Positions 19,597 to 29,890 of a stretch of DNA of 64,000 bases are shown here, piece by piece. The notes under the pieces were generated by a model. It was given only the letters and a program-made list of their open reading frames with translations. It was not told where the DNA came from and ran no database searches. A program made the position numbers and the translations under genes. Within the stretch, counting starts at the first letter, position 1; every line of letters begins with the position of its first letter. This stretch comes from an uncultured Gammaproteobacteria bacterium (GTDB lineage: Bacteria > Patescibacteriota > Microgenomatia > Levybacterales > GWA1-39-11): assembly GCA_964531275.1 (NCBI GenBank), contig CAZHDZ010000003.1:33208-97207 (forward strand), given 5' to 3'.

Positions 19597-20366
19597 GATG
19601 CAGTTACTTTTGGTATTTTAATCCTTAACTTCTTTTTTTCACTATTGTGAAGATGTCGCATCCCGTAAAAAAACCATTTTAGATATTCTTGAAACCAAGG
19701 TCCAAGAAAGAATGTTGATTTGCCTCCATACAATCTGTCAATAGAAATGATAGGCACTTCGCCGAGTCGAAATCCTTGAGCTTGTGCTTTAACGGCTAGT
19801 TCAAATACTACTGCCCACCCAATCGGCCTAGATTCAAGGTTAATTTTTTCAAATATGTCTCGGCGAAACATTTTAAATCCAGTTGTAGAGTCGGTAAAAA
19901 CAGATCCGCAAATCTTCTGAAACAATTTATTTCCAATATTTGAAACTATGCTTTCAACCATTGAGCCGCCCAATCTTCTTCCACCATGCGCATATCTAGT
20001 GCAGCTAATTAGGTCGCATCCCTTATCCATAAGATAAACCATATCTTCAATAGCCAGTGTTGGTCCTACATCATCAACAGCAAGAAGTAAAATATACTTA
20101 CCTTGGGATTTTGAAACCCCTGCTTTGATTGCATTGATAACGCCCCGACCCAATTTATTATGCACAGGTCTTACATGCATTTTTTTCTTCATAAGAGATT
20201 TAATGACTGGTAGGGAGTCGTCATCCGGGTGATCATATATGAAAAGAATTTCATGACTTACTGTTAATACGGCAGACAAAATTTTTACCATTAGTTCAAT
20301 GTTGATGCCTTCATTGCGTACGGGAAGAAGTATAGATAATGTAGGGATATTATTTTTTGTAACCAT
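19593..20366 (-). CDS. GT2 polyprenol-phosphate glycosyltransferase (DPM1-like)
   Basis: SILLPVRNE, TRYAHGG, DSTTGFKMFRR, EVPI. Confidence 0.82.
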   Translation of the reverse strand: MVTKNNIPTLSILLPVRNEGINIELMVKILSAVLTVSHEILFIYDHPDDDSLPVIKSLMKKKMHVRPVHNKLGRGVINAIKAGVSKSQGKYILLLAVDDVGPTLAIEDMVYLMDKGCDLISCTRYAHGGRRLGGSMVESIVSNIGNKLFQKICGSVFTDSTTGFKMFRRDIFEKINLESRPIGWAVVFELAVKAQAQGFRLGEVPIISIDRLYGGKSTFFLGPWFQEYLKWFFYGMRHLHNSEKKKLRIKIPKVTAS

Positions 20367-21450
20367 AGAATGTTTTGATAAGAGCTATTACTTTTAAAAT
20401 GTCCTTATCGGTTAATGTGAAGGCTGAGGGAAGCCATAGTGTTTTTGGGGAGAGCAGGGAGGCATTGGTAAAATTGCCTTTGTAATTCTTATAGTATTTT
20501 TGTTTATGAATGGGGAACCAAAAACGCCTACAGTCCGCACCGTTCTTCTTTAAGAAATCATCTAGAGCATTTCTCTGTTCGCATACTGCATCCGTCCATA
20601 GTGGCAATTCTTCATTTGCGATATCAAACGGGAGAATTTCAATCTCCTTAACATCTTTCAATTTTTCCTTATATAGTATGTGATTCTTTTTCATCTTTTT
20701 TATTCTTGCAGAAAGCATAGTGAGTTGTCCAAGTCCAACGGCGGCCTGCAGGTCAGTAAACTTAAAATTGTAGCCAATGCCAGTATGAATATCATCCCCA
20801 CCCGTACCTCTTTTATCTCGGCCCTGATCTTTTAGCTCTACTATTTTTTTATAGATAGATTTATCGTCGGTAACTATAATTCCTCCTTGACCTGTAGTGA
20901 TTATTTTTGCCGGAGAAAATGAAAAACAACCTGTAACTCCAAACGTACCAAGGTATTTATTGCCCTTTTTTGACATTAGTGCTTCGGCAGCATCTTCAAT
21001 GACTGAAATATTATATTTTTTGGAAAGTCTTAATATCGTCTTCATATCTGCACCTCTGCCACTAACATGAACTGGAATAATTGCCCTTGTTTTTTTAGTG
21101 ATAACTTTTTCACAAGCGGAGATGTTGATGGTGAGAGTTGATGGATCGACATCGCAAAGTACAGCTCTTGCTCCGGTCATTTCGACTGCATTGGCCGTAG
21201 CGATAAAGGTAAGATCCGGCACAATTACTTCGTCCCCTGGCCCTATTCCAATAGCTTTCATTGATAAAAACATTGCGCTTGTTGCGTTAGGTACGGCAAG
21301 TGCATATTTTGCTCCAACTAGGTCAGCTATCTTATTTTGGAACTCAATAGTTAAAGGTCCCTCATTGGGAAATGCACTATTCAAGACTTTCTTTATATAT
21401 TTATACTCCTGTTTGCCGATTACCGGCTCCCACCATGCTATTTTTTTCAT
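20350..21450 (-). CDS. DegT/DnrJ/EryC1 PLP sugar aminotransferase (perosamine synthase-like)
   Basis: GIGPGDEVIVP.LTFIAT, IEDAAEA, FSFSPAKIITTGQGG (PLP Lys), GYNFK. Start taken at MKKIAWW. Confidence 0.9.
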   Translation of the reverse strand: MKKIAWWEPVIGKQEYKYIKKVLNSAFPNEGPLTIEFQNKIADLVGAKYALAVPNATSAMFLSMKAIGIGPGDEVIVPDLTFIATANAVEMTGARAVLCDVDPSTLTINISACEKVITKKTRAIIPVHVSGRGADMKTILRLSKKYNISVIEDAAEALMSKKGNKYLGTFGVTGCFSFSPAKIITTGQGGIIVTDDKSIYKKIVELKDQGRDKRGTGGDDIHTGIGYNFKFTDLQAAVGLGQLTMLSARIKKMKKNHILYKEKLKDVKEIEILPFDIANEELPLWTDAVCEQRNALDDFLKKNGADCRRFWFPIHKQKYYKNYKGNFTNASLLSPKTLWLPSAFTLTDKDILKVIALIKTFYGYKK

Positions 21451-21451
21451 A

Positions 21452-22225
21452 TTATTTGAACCCCTTGAAATACTTCTCTTCGACAATAACCATTTTCTTT
21501 TTCCCTATGTAAAAACTTGCAGGAGGAAATGGCTCGAATGTCATGGACCGTATAAAGTTGTATATCTTTTTTCCTTTCCAATTCCAATCAATCTCACCTC
21601 CATTGGGTAATCCCTTAGGAAAGTAGGATGCGCCTCTTTTATTTTGCGGTTGGGATTTTGGAATTGTGTTGTTTATCCAGCTGTCTATAAATTCGTTAAA
21701 AATTTCAGTTCCAAGTCTAGTAAAGTTGTCATAAACACTTTTTGCTGTATCAAAAGGCTCAACCTTAAATTTTTTCTGTATGATAATTGGTCCTGTATCT
21801 ATGCCCATGTCCATCCAATGCGCTGTTACTCCAATGTGCTTTTCGTTATTAAATAAGGCGTGCACTGTTGAATAGCGGCCTCTATATTTGGGAAGTAAAG
21901 CTGGGTGTATATTGAAGCACCCAAGTTTTGGAATCTTTAGTATTTGCTCCGGAATTAAATGTGTCCCACCAATGCTAAATATAATATCTGGATGTAAATC
22001 TATTATTTGGTTCTGAAGTTTTTTATCATTTAGTCGAGCACCCTGTATTAGTGGCAGTTTTCTTTTCTTTGCAAACTTAACAAGAGAGTCGTGCCAGGTA
22101 TCTACTCCCTTATCATCAAGATTTGCTATTACGAGATTTGGTTTGACACCCTTTTTTAAAAGTATTTTTAAGCAATCTACGCCAATTTGTTTGCCTCCTA
22201 TATATATTATCTTTTTACTTACCAT
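21452..22225 (-). CDS. N10-formyl-THF-dependent formyltransferase (sugar N-formyltransferase-like)
   Basis: NIHPALLPKYRG, GVTAH.MD.GIDTGPII, IDW.W....YNFIR; 1 bp from the aminotransferase start. Confidence 0.85.
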   Translation of the reverse strand: MVSKKIIYIGGKQIGVDCLKILLKKGVKPNLVIANLDDKGVDTWHDSLVKFAKKRKLPLIQGARLNDKKLQNQIIDLHPDIIFSIGGTHLIPEQILKIPKLGCFNIHPALLPKYRGRYSTVHALFNNEKHIGVTAHWMDMGIDTGPIIIQKKFKVEPFDTAKSVYDNFTRLGTEIFNEFIDSWINNTIPKSQPQNKRGASYFPKGLPNGGEIDWNWKGKKIYNFIRSMTFEPFPPASFYIGKKKMVIVEEKYFKGFK

Positions 22226-22355
22226 ATGATATCCCAATTAACAGCGAGTTATGGTTCTTGCAATGTCATAGTATAAACTATTGTTGCCAAACACAAGCTT
22301 TTATAGACAGTAATCTTGCTGAATTATATAGCCTTAATCCATACTATTTCAATTA

Positions 22356-23345
22356 GTGTATAATCGTATGAACATGTTGGCGAATAGCTATACCCAAAGC
22401 GATCGAGTATTTTTTAAAGGAAAAAATATTTTGCTAACTGGTGGAAATGGCTTTCTAGGAAGATACGTCAAAGAACAACTCATCCAACTTAAGCCTCGAT
22501 CTATTTTAATTCCGGATTCCAAGAAAGATGATTTAAGAATTGTTAAAAATGTAAAAAGACTTTTAAAGGACATTGATATTGTAATTCACCTAGCAGCAAA
22601 CGTGGGTGGGATAGAATATAACAAGAACTATCCGGGAACGCTTTTCTATGAGAACCTCATAATGGGTACTCAGCTGATGGAGGAAGCAAGAAAAGCTAGT
22701 GTGATTAAATTCGTTGCTCTTGGCACTATATGCGCATATCCAAAATTTGCGCCTATACCATTCAAAGAAGAGGATATCTGGAATGGTTATCCAGAAGAGA
22801 CAAATGCCCCTTATGGATTAGCAAAGAAAATGCTTCTTGTCCAATCACAGGCTTATCGTGCTCAGTTCAATTTCAATTCAATTTATCTCTTGCCCGTTAA
22901 TTTATATGGACCTGGTGACAACTTTAATGAGAAATCTTCACATGTAATTCCGGCATTAATCAAGAAGATCGAATTAGCAAAAAATAATAACATTCCTGTT
23001 GTTGAAGTCTGGGGAACTGGTAATGCAACGAGAGAATTCTTGTATGTGGAGGATTGTGCTCGCGCAATAGTTTTGGCTACTGCAAGATATGAGAGTTCGG
23101 AGCCAGTTAATTTAGGGGCCGGTTTTGAAATTTCAATTAAGGAACTTGCCTTAAAGATAAAAAAAATATGCAATTACAAAGGTGAATTGAAGTTTGATGC
23201 TAAGATGCCTGACGGACAACCAAGAAGGATGCTTGATACAAAAAGAGCTGTTAAAGGATTTGGATTTAAGGCTGTAACACCATTTTCAACTGGGCTTAAA
23301 AATACTGTGGAATGGTATAAGAAGAATTACAAGAAATTAGCTTAA
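22356..23345 (+). CDS. fcl: GDP-L-fucose synthase (Fcl/WcaG)
   Basis: HLAANVGGI, GTICAYPK, GYPEETNAPYGLAKK, NLYGPGDNF..SSHVIPALI, WGTG.ATREFLYV, PDGQPRR. True start may be 22368 or 22374. Confidence 0.93.
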   Translation: MYNRMNMLANSYTQSDRVFFKGKNILLTGGNGFLGRYVKEQLIQLKPRSILIPDSKKDDLRIVKNVKRLLKDIDIVIHLAANVGGIEYNKNYPGTLFYENLIMGTQLMEEARKASVIKFVALGTICAYPKFAPIPFKEEDIWNGYPEETNAPYGLAKKMLLVQSQAYRAQFNFNSIYLLPVNLYGPGDNFNEKSSHVIPALIKKIELAKNNNIPVVEVWGTGNATREFLYVEDCARAIVLATARYESSEPVNLGAGFEISIKELALKIKKICNYKGELKFDAKMPDGQPRRMLDTKRAVKGFGFKAVTPFSTGLKNTVEWYKKNYKKLA

Positions 23346-24032
23346 TTTCGCTGTGCCTGCCTTTATTATAGACTGCAATATTAGCGCCCCGTCTTTTATT
23401 GGCGAAACTTGAGAGTGGCCAGTATTTCTTCTCGTATAGCTTACCGGTACTTCTACTAGCTTGTATTTAAGTCTTACGCTTTTTATAACAGTTTCTGCTT
23501 CGTATCCGAAATGACGTTCTTTTATTTTAAGTTTAGTGAATTTATTTCTTCTAATAGCTTTAAATCCGGCAAGAGAATCTGTAATGTATCTACCGCATGC
23601 AATTGATGTTGCAACCGAAAGTAAAAAATTTCCTAGAGTTCTGACAAATGGTGCATCCGCTTGGTTTTTTCGTTTTCCAATGGCTATGTCAGCTCCTTTA
23701 TCAAGAGCGTTGACTAAAAGTTGGATTTCAGTTGGTCTGAATTGGTAATCAGCATCTATTTGAACAATATATTCACCATTTGATTTAAGAGCTGCATCGC
23801 GGAAGTCAATTCCTTTACCTCTTTTTTTACCAAATTCAAAAACAATAGCTTTTTCTTTCTTTGCAATTTCTACAGTTCTATCTTGTGAACCACCATCAGC
23901 AACAACAATTTCATATGTGTAATTTTTTTTCATAGTATTAATTTGGCGAATCATCTTGCCAATACTTTTTTCTTCGTTGTAGGTGGGGAGTATGATGCTA
24001 ACTTTAGGAATAATTTTTTTACCTGTTTTCAT
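23337..24032 (-). CDS. GT2 DPM1-like glycosyltransferase
   Basis: SIILPTYNEE, VADGGSQDRT, RGKG, IDAD, D..AGFKA, EVPVSY..R. Start placed at 24032, 7 nt after a TAAAAT. Confidence 0.88.
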   Translation of the reverse strand: MKTGKKIIPKVSIILPTYNEEKSIGKMIRQINTMKKNYTYEIVVADGGSQDRTVEIAKKEKAIVFEFGKKRGKGIDFRDAALKSNGEYIVQIDADYQFRPTEIQLLVNALDKGADIAIGKRKNQADAPFVRTLGNFLLSVATSIACGRYITDSLAGFKAIRRNKFTKLKIKERHFGYEAETVIKSVRLKYKLVEVPVSYTRRNTGHSQVSPIKDGALILQSIIKAGTAKLS

Positions 24033-24077
24033 CTGTAAGATTTTACTATAATATACCATACACTTCTAATTGCAAGA

Positions 24078-24992
24078 ATGAAAAGAATTATAGTTACCGG
24101 AGGCTCAGGATATGTGGGGGCAGAGGTTGTAGAGTTGCTTATTAAAAAAAAGTATTCAGTTTTGGTTGTTGATAAGCAATCTATCTACAAAAATTCAAAA
24201 GCCACATTTCTAAAAAAAGACCTTTTATCTGAGAAAGGCTTAGCGCGTGTTTTTCAACAAACTGATTCAGTAATACACTTAGCTGCAGAAGTCGGTGGTG
24301 TTTCTTTTGCTAATAATTATCCTGCAACAATCATTCACAACAATGCATTAATTGATTTGAACTGCATCAAAGCTGCGGCTGCTGCACATGTTAGAAAATA
24401 TTTGTATGTTTCGAGCTCTCTTGTCTATGAACAAGCAATAAAATTTCCGCTAAAGGAAGCTGATACTTTACATATTCCGCCCCCACACTTGTCCTACGGT
24501 GCAGAAAAGCTTTTTGGGGAGTCGTTATGTGAAGCTTTTTTTCAAGAGTTTGATTTGCAATATGCTGTATGTAGGCTTTTTAATGTATATGGAATAAATG
24601 CTGCGGGTTTTGGAGATCCCAATGGACATGTTATCCCAGATATCATTAGCAAGGTGAAAGAGTCATCTGGAAAGGTTGAGATCTGGGGGAGAAAAAATAT
24701 AAGAAGAAATTTCACACATGTTTCGGACATTGCACGGGGAATTGTAGCGGCACTCGAGAATGAAAATAAAAATGAAGTATTTAATATTGCAGATAAAAAT
24801 GAGTACTCAATTGAAGATGTGACATTGACTTTATGGAAACTTTTAAGAAAGCCTGGATTGCCAAATTTTTATTATGTTAAGAAAAACAAACAAGACGTAT
24901 TAAGAAATTTTGCATCAGTTAATAAAGCAATGAAGATACTAAATTGGAGAACTAAAACGTCCTTGCAAGATGGATTAAAAGCTATGATTTAA
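24078..24992 (+). CDS. NAD-dependent nucleotide-sugar epimerase/reductase
   Basis: TGGSGYVG, HLAAEVGG, YGAEK, RLFNVYG, R.FTHVSD. Confidence 0.88.
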   Translation: MKRIIVTGGSGYVGAEVVELLIKKKYSVLVVDKQSIYKNSKATFLKKDLLSEKGLARVFQQTDSVIHLAAEVGGVSFANNYPATIIHNNALIDLNCIKAAAAAHVRKYLYVSSSLVYEQAIKFPLKEADTLHIPPPHLSYGAEKLFGESLCEAFFQEFDLQYAVCRLFNVYGINAAGFGDPNGHVIPDIISKVKESSGKVEIWGRKNIRRNFTHVSDIARGIVAALENENKNEVFNIADKNEYSIEDVTLTLWKLLRKPGLPNFYYVKKNKQDVLRNFASVNKAMKILNWRTKTSLQDGLKAMI

Positions 24993-25885
24993 TTTGTCTT
25001 CGCGATAACTGCAAACTCATCCTTGGGTAAAAAAGACATCCGAATTTTAGTAAGTAGTTTTAGTGATGACATTTTTTTAAATTGATTTTTAAATAAAGGT
25101 GAATTTTCGGATAACCGATCAAGAAAATATGAAAGAGGGTAATCACGTCTATAAAGATATATTTCCACTATCTTAAATCCTGCTTTTTCTAAAAGTAATG
25201 AAAGATTTTCTGGAGTAAAAAGTGTTATATGCATTCTCACAAAAAATGGATGACGATCGCCGAGAATTCTAACCAGAAAGTTACTAATGTTGGGTGTGCC
25301 AAGTATTAATAGGCCATCTTTATTAAGAATTTTTTTTGCCAAAAGAATCTCACTCATGGGGTCTGGCACATGTTCAATGACATCCCACATAGTCACAATA
25401 TCGAATTTCTTGTTTTTTATATCTGAAAGCGTTTTTCCGTATATAGGAAAACCTTTTTTCTTAACATAACTTGTCGCCCATCTGCTTGGGTCAAGCCCTG
25501 CAACTTTAAAACCGTTTTTAGAAGCAGCCTCAATAAAAAAACCACAAAAACACCCCACGTCTAGAAGTGTTCCTTTCTTTCTATGCGTCTTTAGTTTTTT
25601 TACATGTTTTTTGATGAGATGCATTCTATATTTTTTAGTTTTCAAATAATCGGGATCTTCGACAGCTTCATATCCTTCCATAAATTTATCCAAATTTTCA
25701 CGGGGATTTGTAAAGATAGTTTTGCAGTCTTTACATTCAACTATCCTTGCATGTTTTTTAATGCCGGTAAGAGTATTCCTTAGATCATTCTGGATTATAT
25801 CTGGATTAAGATCACCTGTTTTAAGTGTGCTTTTAAAAAGTATTCTTTTTCTACTTGAATTGCAAACTGGACATTCTTTTTTCAT
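24989..25885 (-). CDS. Class I SAM methyltransferase with N-terminal Cys cluster
   Basis: CPVC...CKDC, LLDVGCFCG, FDIVTMWDVIEHVPDP, TPN. Confidence 0.88.
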   Translation of the reverse strand: MKKECPVCNSSRKRILFKSTLKTGDLNPDIIQNDLRNTLTGIKKHARIVECKDCKTIFTNPRENLDKFMEGYEAVEDPDYLKTKKYRMHLIKKHVKKLKTHRKKGTLLDVGCFCGFFIEAASKNGFKVAGLDPSRWATSYVKKKGFPIYGKTLSDIKNKKFDIVTMWDVIEHVPDPMSEILLAKKILNKDGLLILGTPNISNFLVRILGDRHPFFVRMHITLFTPENLSLLLEKAGFKIVEIYLYRRDYPLSYFLDRLSENSPLFKNQFKKMSSLKLLTKIRMSFLPKDEFAVIAKTN

Positions 25886-25927
25886 AATACTGATGTTTAT
25901 TGATGCTATAATAGCGTATCTTCATTC

Positions 25928-27424
25928 ATGGCAGTAGGCAAAACAGTTATTATCGTTTTTCTTTTATTTATTGTCTCAATACTAACTCGAATCCCGTTGG
26001 TTGAGAATATGCATTCTCATACCGACAGCTCTTCTATTACCTTGGCCCTTGTTAATTACGACTTAAATCAAGAAACTCCTGCGCCACCTGGCTATCCACT
26101 GTATTTAACATTCGGAAAACTCATCTATTATATAGTAAGAGATCCTCATCAGGCTTTAATTATAGTAAGCATTATATCAACTGCATTAGGTGCCCTTGGC
26201 TTTTACTTTTTGGGGAAATATTTAGACCATGAAAACACCGGAATTATAAGTGCAATTGTTTTCTTGTCTTCACCCGCAATCTTTTTCTTTGGTCTAACTA
26301 TTTATCCTTACTTGTTCATGATAGGAATCGAAGTTTTATTCGTTTTCTTTGCCTACATTACAATTTTTAAGAAAAGAAATACAGCTATTTTTATTGGCGT
26401 CTTTTATGCTTTACTTTTGGGAATAAGGCCTCAGGAGATTCTTTTAACCCTCCCCCTAGCCGTATATGTAATCTATAAATTGTCAAATAAAGCGAAGCTT
26501 CATGCTCTTGTTGCATTTGGAGTCATAACCATAGCATGGTTAATGCCCTTCATTTTTGTAAATGGTGGAGTAAGGAATTACTATTATATTCTAAGCAATG
26601 GAGCTTCTGAAGCATTGCCATTACCATCTTTTAATCCACTTATTTATAAACGTTTTGAGCTTCTGAACGGGGCATTTGTAACCCTGGGTGTTTCAAGTAT
26701 TTTCGCCATTTATCAGCTTATAAAAATGCTGATTGGGAATAAAAAAACTAATTATCTTATTCTCCTTGCATTATGGGCAATACCTTCGCTTCTGTTTAAT
26801 TTATTCATCAGAACGGAGCACGCTGGTTATCAACAAGGTTATTTAATGCCATGTATTTTATTAGCAAGTATTGCATTGAGGAGGGTATATTCTGTTAGGA
26901 AAATTCTGGCAATCGTATGCATTGCAATTGTTGTTCTGATCAATCTTTATATATTTTTTTACAACAGGGACCCTCTCTATCAAAAGCCTTATAGGCAGTC
27001 CTCATTTCACTATACAGACATTGTGAGAAACGATTATGTTCTCTCCGAAAAATTTAAATATATCAAGAGTAACTTTGCGCCTGATAAGACCATTATATTT
27101 GCAGGACCCTATTTCTGGAGACATGTAAGGTACTATTTACCTGAATTCGAAATATATATGATAGGGCGATTATTTGAAGAAGAAGATTCTAACCTGCTTA
27201 TAAAAGCATATGGATTGCGCTTTGAAAAAATTTGGAATACCAACAGAACTCTAGATTTACCAGATAAGGTAACAAGCATAGTCATTTTTGATGATGAGGG
27301 AAGTAGTTTTGAAATAAATAAAAAACGAATTGTAAAATTTAAAGGCATAACTAGTTTGACAATTGTTCCGGTTTCAAGGGCAATGCAGATTGGATATCAT
27401 AAAATTTATACAGTTATTAAATGA
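25928..27424 (+). CDS. GT-C/PMT-like membrane glycosyltransferase
   Basis: DS..., P.PPGYPLY first loop; about 11 TM; GIRP. Confidence 0.7.
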   Translation: MAVGKTVIIVFLLFIVSILTRIPLVENMHSHTDSSSITLALVNYDLNQETPAPPGYPLYLTFGKLIYYIVRDPHQALIIVSIISTALGALGFYFLGKYLDHENTGIISAIVFLSSPAIFFFGLTIYPYLFMIGIEVLFVFFAYITIFKKRNTAIFIGVFYALLLGIRPQEILLTLPLAVYVIYKLSNKAKLHALVAFGVITIAWLMPFIFVNGGVRNYYYILSNGASEALPLPSFNPLIYKRFELLNGAFVTLGVSSIFAIYQLIKMLIGNKKTNYLILLALWAIPSLLFNLFIRTEHAGYQQGYLMPCILLASIALRRVYSVRKILAIVCIAIVVLINLYIFFYNRDPLYQKPYRQSSFHYTDIVRNDYVLSEKFKYIKSNFAPDKTIIFAGPYFWRHVRYYLPEFEIYMIGRLFEEEDSNLLIKAYGLRFEKIWNTNRTLDLPDKVTSIVIFDDEGSSFEINKKRIVKFKGITSLTIVPVSRAMQIGYHKIYTVIK

Positions 27425-27867
27425 GAAAAATAGTTCTTATTCTTTTTGTCAGCACCTTGTACTTATGGTTTGGGATAAGTATTGTTAGGACTTTTATTAA
27501 TCTGGGAAAATTTGTTGTGTCAGAAATGCATCTTGTGCTGTCTTCCGAAGAGCAAAGGAGGCGCGAAACATACGGGGAACTCTATGATTTCTGCATTTTC
27601 GTGAATGATAATACAACAGAAAGGTCTACAATATATTTTTTGACAAGTGATGTGCATGCTTTTTATTTTTGTAGATACGAGGTTTATCCTCGGAAAATGT
27701 TTTTAATAAAAGATCTTAATAGTACTAGTGCATATACAATAAAAGAAAATGATTATCTACTCGTACTTCAGTCGAATAATATACAGTTAATTAATGATGC
27801 ATATGGTTTTGGGCTTATAAAAAAGTATAAGCCTAGTTCTTTAGTTGGGGCTCTTTACAGAAAATGA
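27421..27867 (+). CDS. Hypothetical membrane-anchored protein
   Basis: N-terminal TM; RYEVYPRK motif; overlaps both neighbours by 4 bp. Confidence 0.65.
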   Translation: MRKIVLILFVSTLYLWFGISIVRTFINLGKFVVSEMHLVLSSEEQRRRETYGELYDFCIFVNDNTTERSTIYFLTSDVHAFYFCRYEVYPRKMFLIKDLNSTSAYTIKENDYLLVLQSNNIQLINDAYGFGLIKKYKPSSLVGALYRK

Positions 27868-29186
27868 ATACATTAATAGTTTTACTCACGCTTTTTTTTA
27901 CTGGATTACTTGGATTTAGCGTATTGCATCTCCTGGGTATCTTCGGAAAAGGAGGATTACGTGAAAGAATTTTATTTTCTTTTGGTGTAGGTGTTGGCAT
28001 TATGATGCTGCAAATGTACTTCTATTCGCGAGCGGGAATTGTTTGGGATCCTAATAACATCGTTGTTCCCTGGGGAATTCTTTATATTGCTGCCTTACTG
28101 AAACATTCTATATCCTTGCCAAACTCTAGAATAGTTGTTCCAAAATCAAGAAAAGTAAAAGCTTTATTCATTTTGGTGGTGTTATTAGGCGGCTTTACTT
28201 TAATTGAATCAATATTGCGACCTCTTAATGCATGGGATGGTTATGCGAGTTGGCTATTTAGATCCAAAATGTATTTTGTTGAAGGCTCAATAGACCCGTC
28301 ACTCGTTACCTATCTGCCTACAGAATACCCCCCCTTAGTTAGTATGATGGGAACGTTTCTATACACATTCCTTGGCCAAATTGATGACAGGTCGATATTG
28401 GTAACCTATGCGGTGTTTTATATAAGTTTGGGTGCAATTTTTTATAATTCATTAAAAACAAAATCTGGCAATTTTTTAGCCATACTCTTTACCTTCCTTC
28501 TTCTGTCGACTCAAAATCTAATACGTCACAGTGGACGTTTTGAAGCAGGACAAGCCGACGTTATTCTAGGTTATTATATTTTCTTGTCATTCTTGCTATT
28601 TATTAGAGTATTGAAGGATATTTCTTCTAAAAACTTACTTATTTTACACTTCATGCTTTTGATATCTGCATTAATAAAGAATGATAGTGTGCCACTCGTT
28701 TTGATTACAGAGTTTGTTGTGCTAGTTGTTACAATTTTCCGGTTTGGTTTTAAAAAAGTACTGTTATCGCTAGTATTTTTTGTACCTTTCCTTGATTGGC
28801 AATATTTCAAGCATCTTGAGGGTGTACCTTCCTCACCTGAATATATTAGTACGATCGTTCATCCAGAACGAATTCCTGTTGTTCTTAAGGAATTCACTAA
28901 AGAGCTCGTAAATATAAAGAATTGGAATTTGCTGTGGATAGCATTTGTTTTAAGCATGATTCTTGTTACTTTTAGAAAATTAAATACCGAGGTTTTCATT
29001 GCTTTTGCGATCATAATAATTGACATTATTGTTTTAGCTTCTGTTTTTTTTGTTACGACGCCAAATCCGTCTGAGCACATACCTAATGTCCTCAATCGCG
29101 CCCTTTTACACATAGCACCTGTTGGAGTTTATGCTATATGTATGTGTTCTGCTTTGTTAAAATTAAAACTGATACATGAAAAGTAA
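27864..29186 (+). CDS. GT-C-like polytopic membrane protein
   Basis: AWDG...W, EYPPL, ADV, IKND, many TMs. Confidence 0.7.
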   Translation: MNTLIVLLTLFFTGLLGFSVLHLLGIFGKGGLRERILFSFGVGVGIMMLQMYFYSRAGIVWDPNNIVVPWGILYIAALLKHSISLPNSRIVVPKSRKVKALFILVVLLGGFTLIESILRPLNAWDGYASWLFRSKMYFVEGSIDPSLVTYLPTEYPPLVSMMGTFLYTFLGQIDDRSILVTYAVFYISLGAIFYNSLKTKSGNFLAILFTFLLLSTQNLIRHSGRFEAGQADVILGYYIFLSFLLFIRVLKDISSKNLLILHFMLLISALIKNDSVPLVLITEFVVLVVTIFRFGFKKVLLSLVFFVPFLDWQYFKHLEGVPSSPEYISTIVHPERIPVVLKEFTKELVNIKNWNLLWIAFVLSMILVTFRKLNTEVFIAFAIIIIDIIVLASVFFVTTPNPSEHIPNVLNRALLHIAPVGVYAICMCSALLKLKLIHEK

Positions 29187-29883
29187 AAAAGCATACATGG
29201 GTGTAAAGACTCTCGAGGTTCTTGAAGGAGCAGATAACTATAATGCGTGGATCGCTTCAAGAATTCTTCCACACATTCAAAGCCCAGCCTTAGAAATAGG
29301 AGCAGGAACAGGTAATATTTCTGATTTTCTGTCCTCCGTAGAGGATCTTACCCTAACTGACATAGATGAAGAGCTCGTTAAGCACCTAAGAGGTCGTTTT
29401 AAAGGTAAAGGAAATATTACAACAGAAATATTTGATATCACAAGGAAATTTTACAAAATTACCAATAAATTTAAGACTATATACAGTGTGAATGTTCTTG
29501 AGCATATTAAAGACGACAATTTAGCTTTGAAAAATATGCACAGGCTCTTAGAGCATGACGGTAGAGTTATTATTCTGGTACCAGCCAAAAAAAGAGCGTA
29601 TAAAACTTTAGATAAGCACCTGGGACATTATAGGAGATATGAAAAGACTGAACTATCAGCCTTGATGCAACAGGCCGGTTTTGAGTTGGAGTATATAAAT
29701 TACTTTAACGTTGTTGGTCTCTTGAGTTGGATAGTAAGAGATTATATTGGTGGAAGTCAAGCTCATTTAAAAAAAGAGCATGTAAAATTATTTGATGCAA
29801 TTGTACCAATCCTCAGAATTGTGGAGCCAAAATCAAATTTACCTTTCGGAATATCTCTTATTGCAGTGGGAAAAAAGATATAA
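29176..29883 (+). CDS. Class I SAM methyltransferase (often GT2-associated)
   Basis: A.NYN.WI, LEIGAGTGN, NVLEHI.DD, VPA, D..LGHYRRY. Confidence 0.88.
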   Translation: MKSKKAYMGVKTLEVLEGADNYNAWIASRILPHIQSPALEIGAGTGNISDFLSSVEDLTLTDIDEELVKHLRGRFKGKGNITTEIFDITRKFYKITNKFKTIYSVNVLEHIKDDNLALKNMHRLLEHDGRVIILVPAKKRAYKTLDKHLGHYRRYEKTELSALMQQAGFELEYINYFNVVGLLSWIVRDYIGGSQAHLKKEHVKLFDAIVPILRIVEPKSNLPFGISLIAVGKKI

Positions 29884-29890
29884 TAAGCAA

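Noticed and set aside
29792-29890. Upstream extension of the GT2 ORF
   Set aside because: It overlaps the preceding methyltransferase. The GT2 fold starts at ATG 29891, after a TATAAT.
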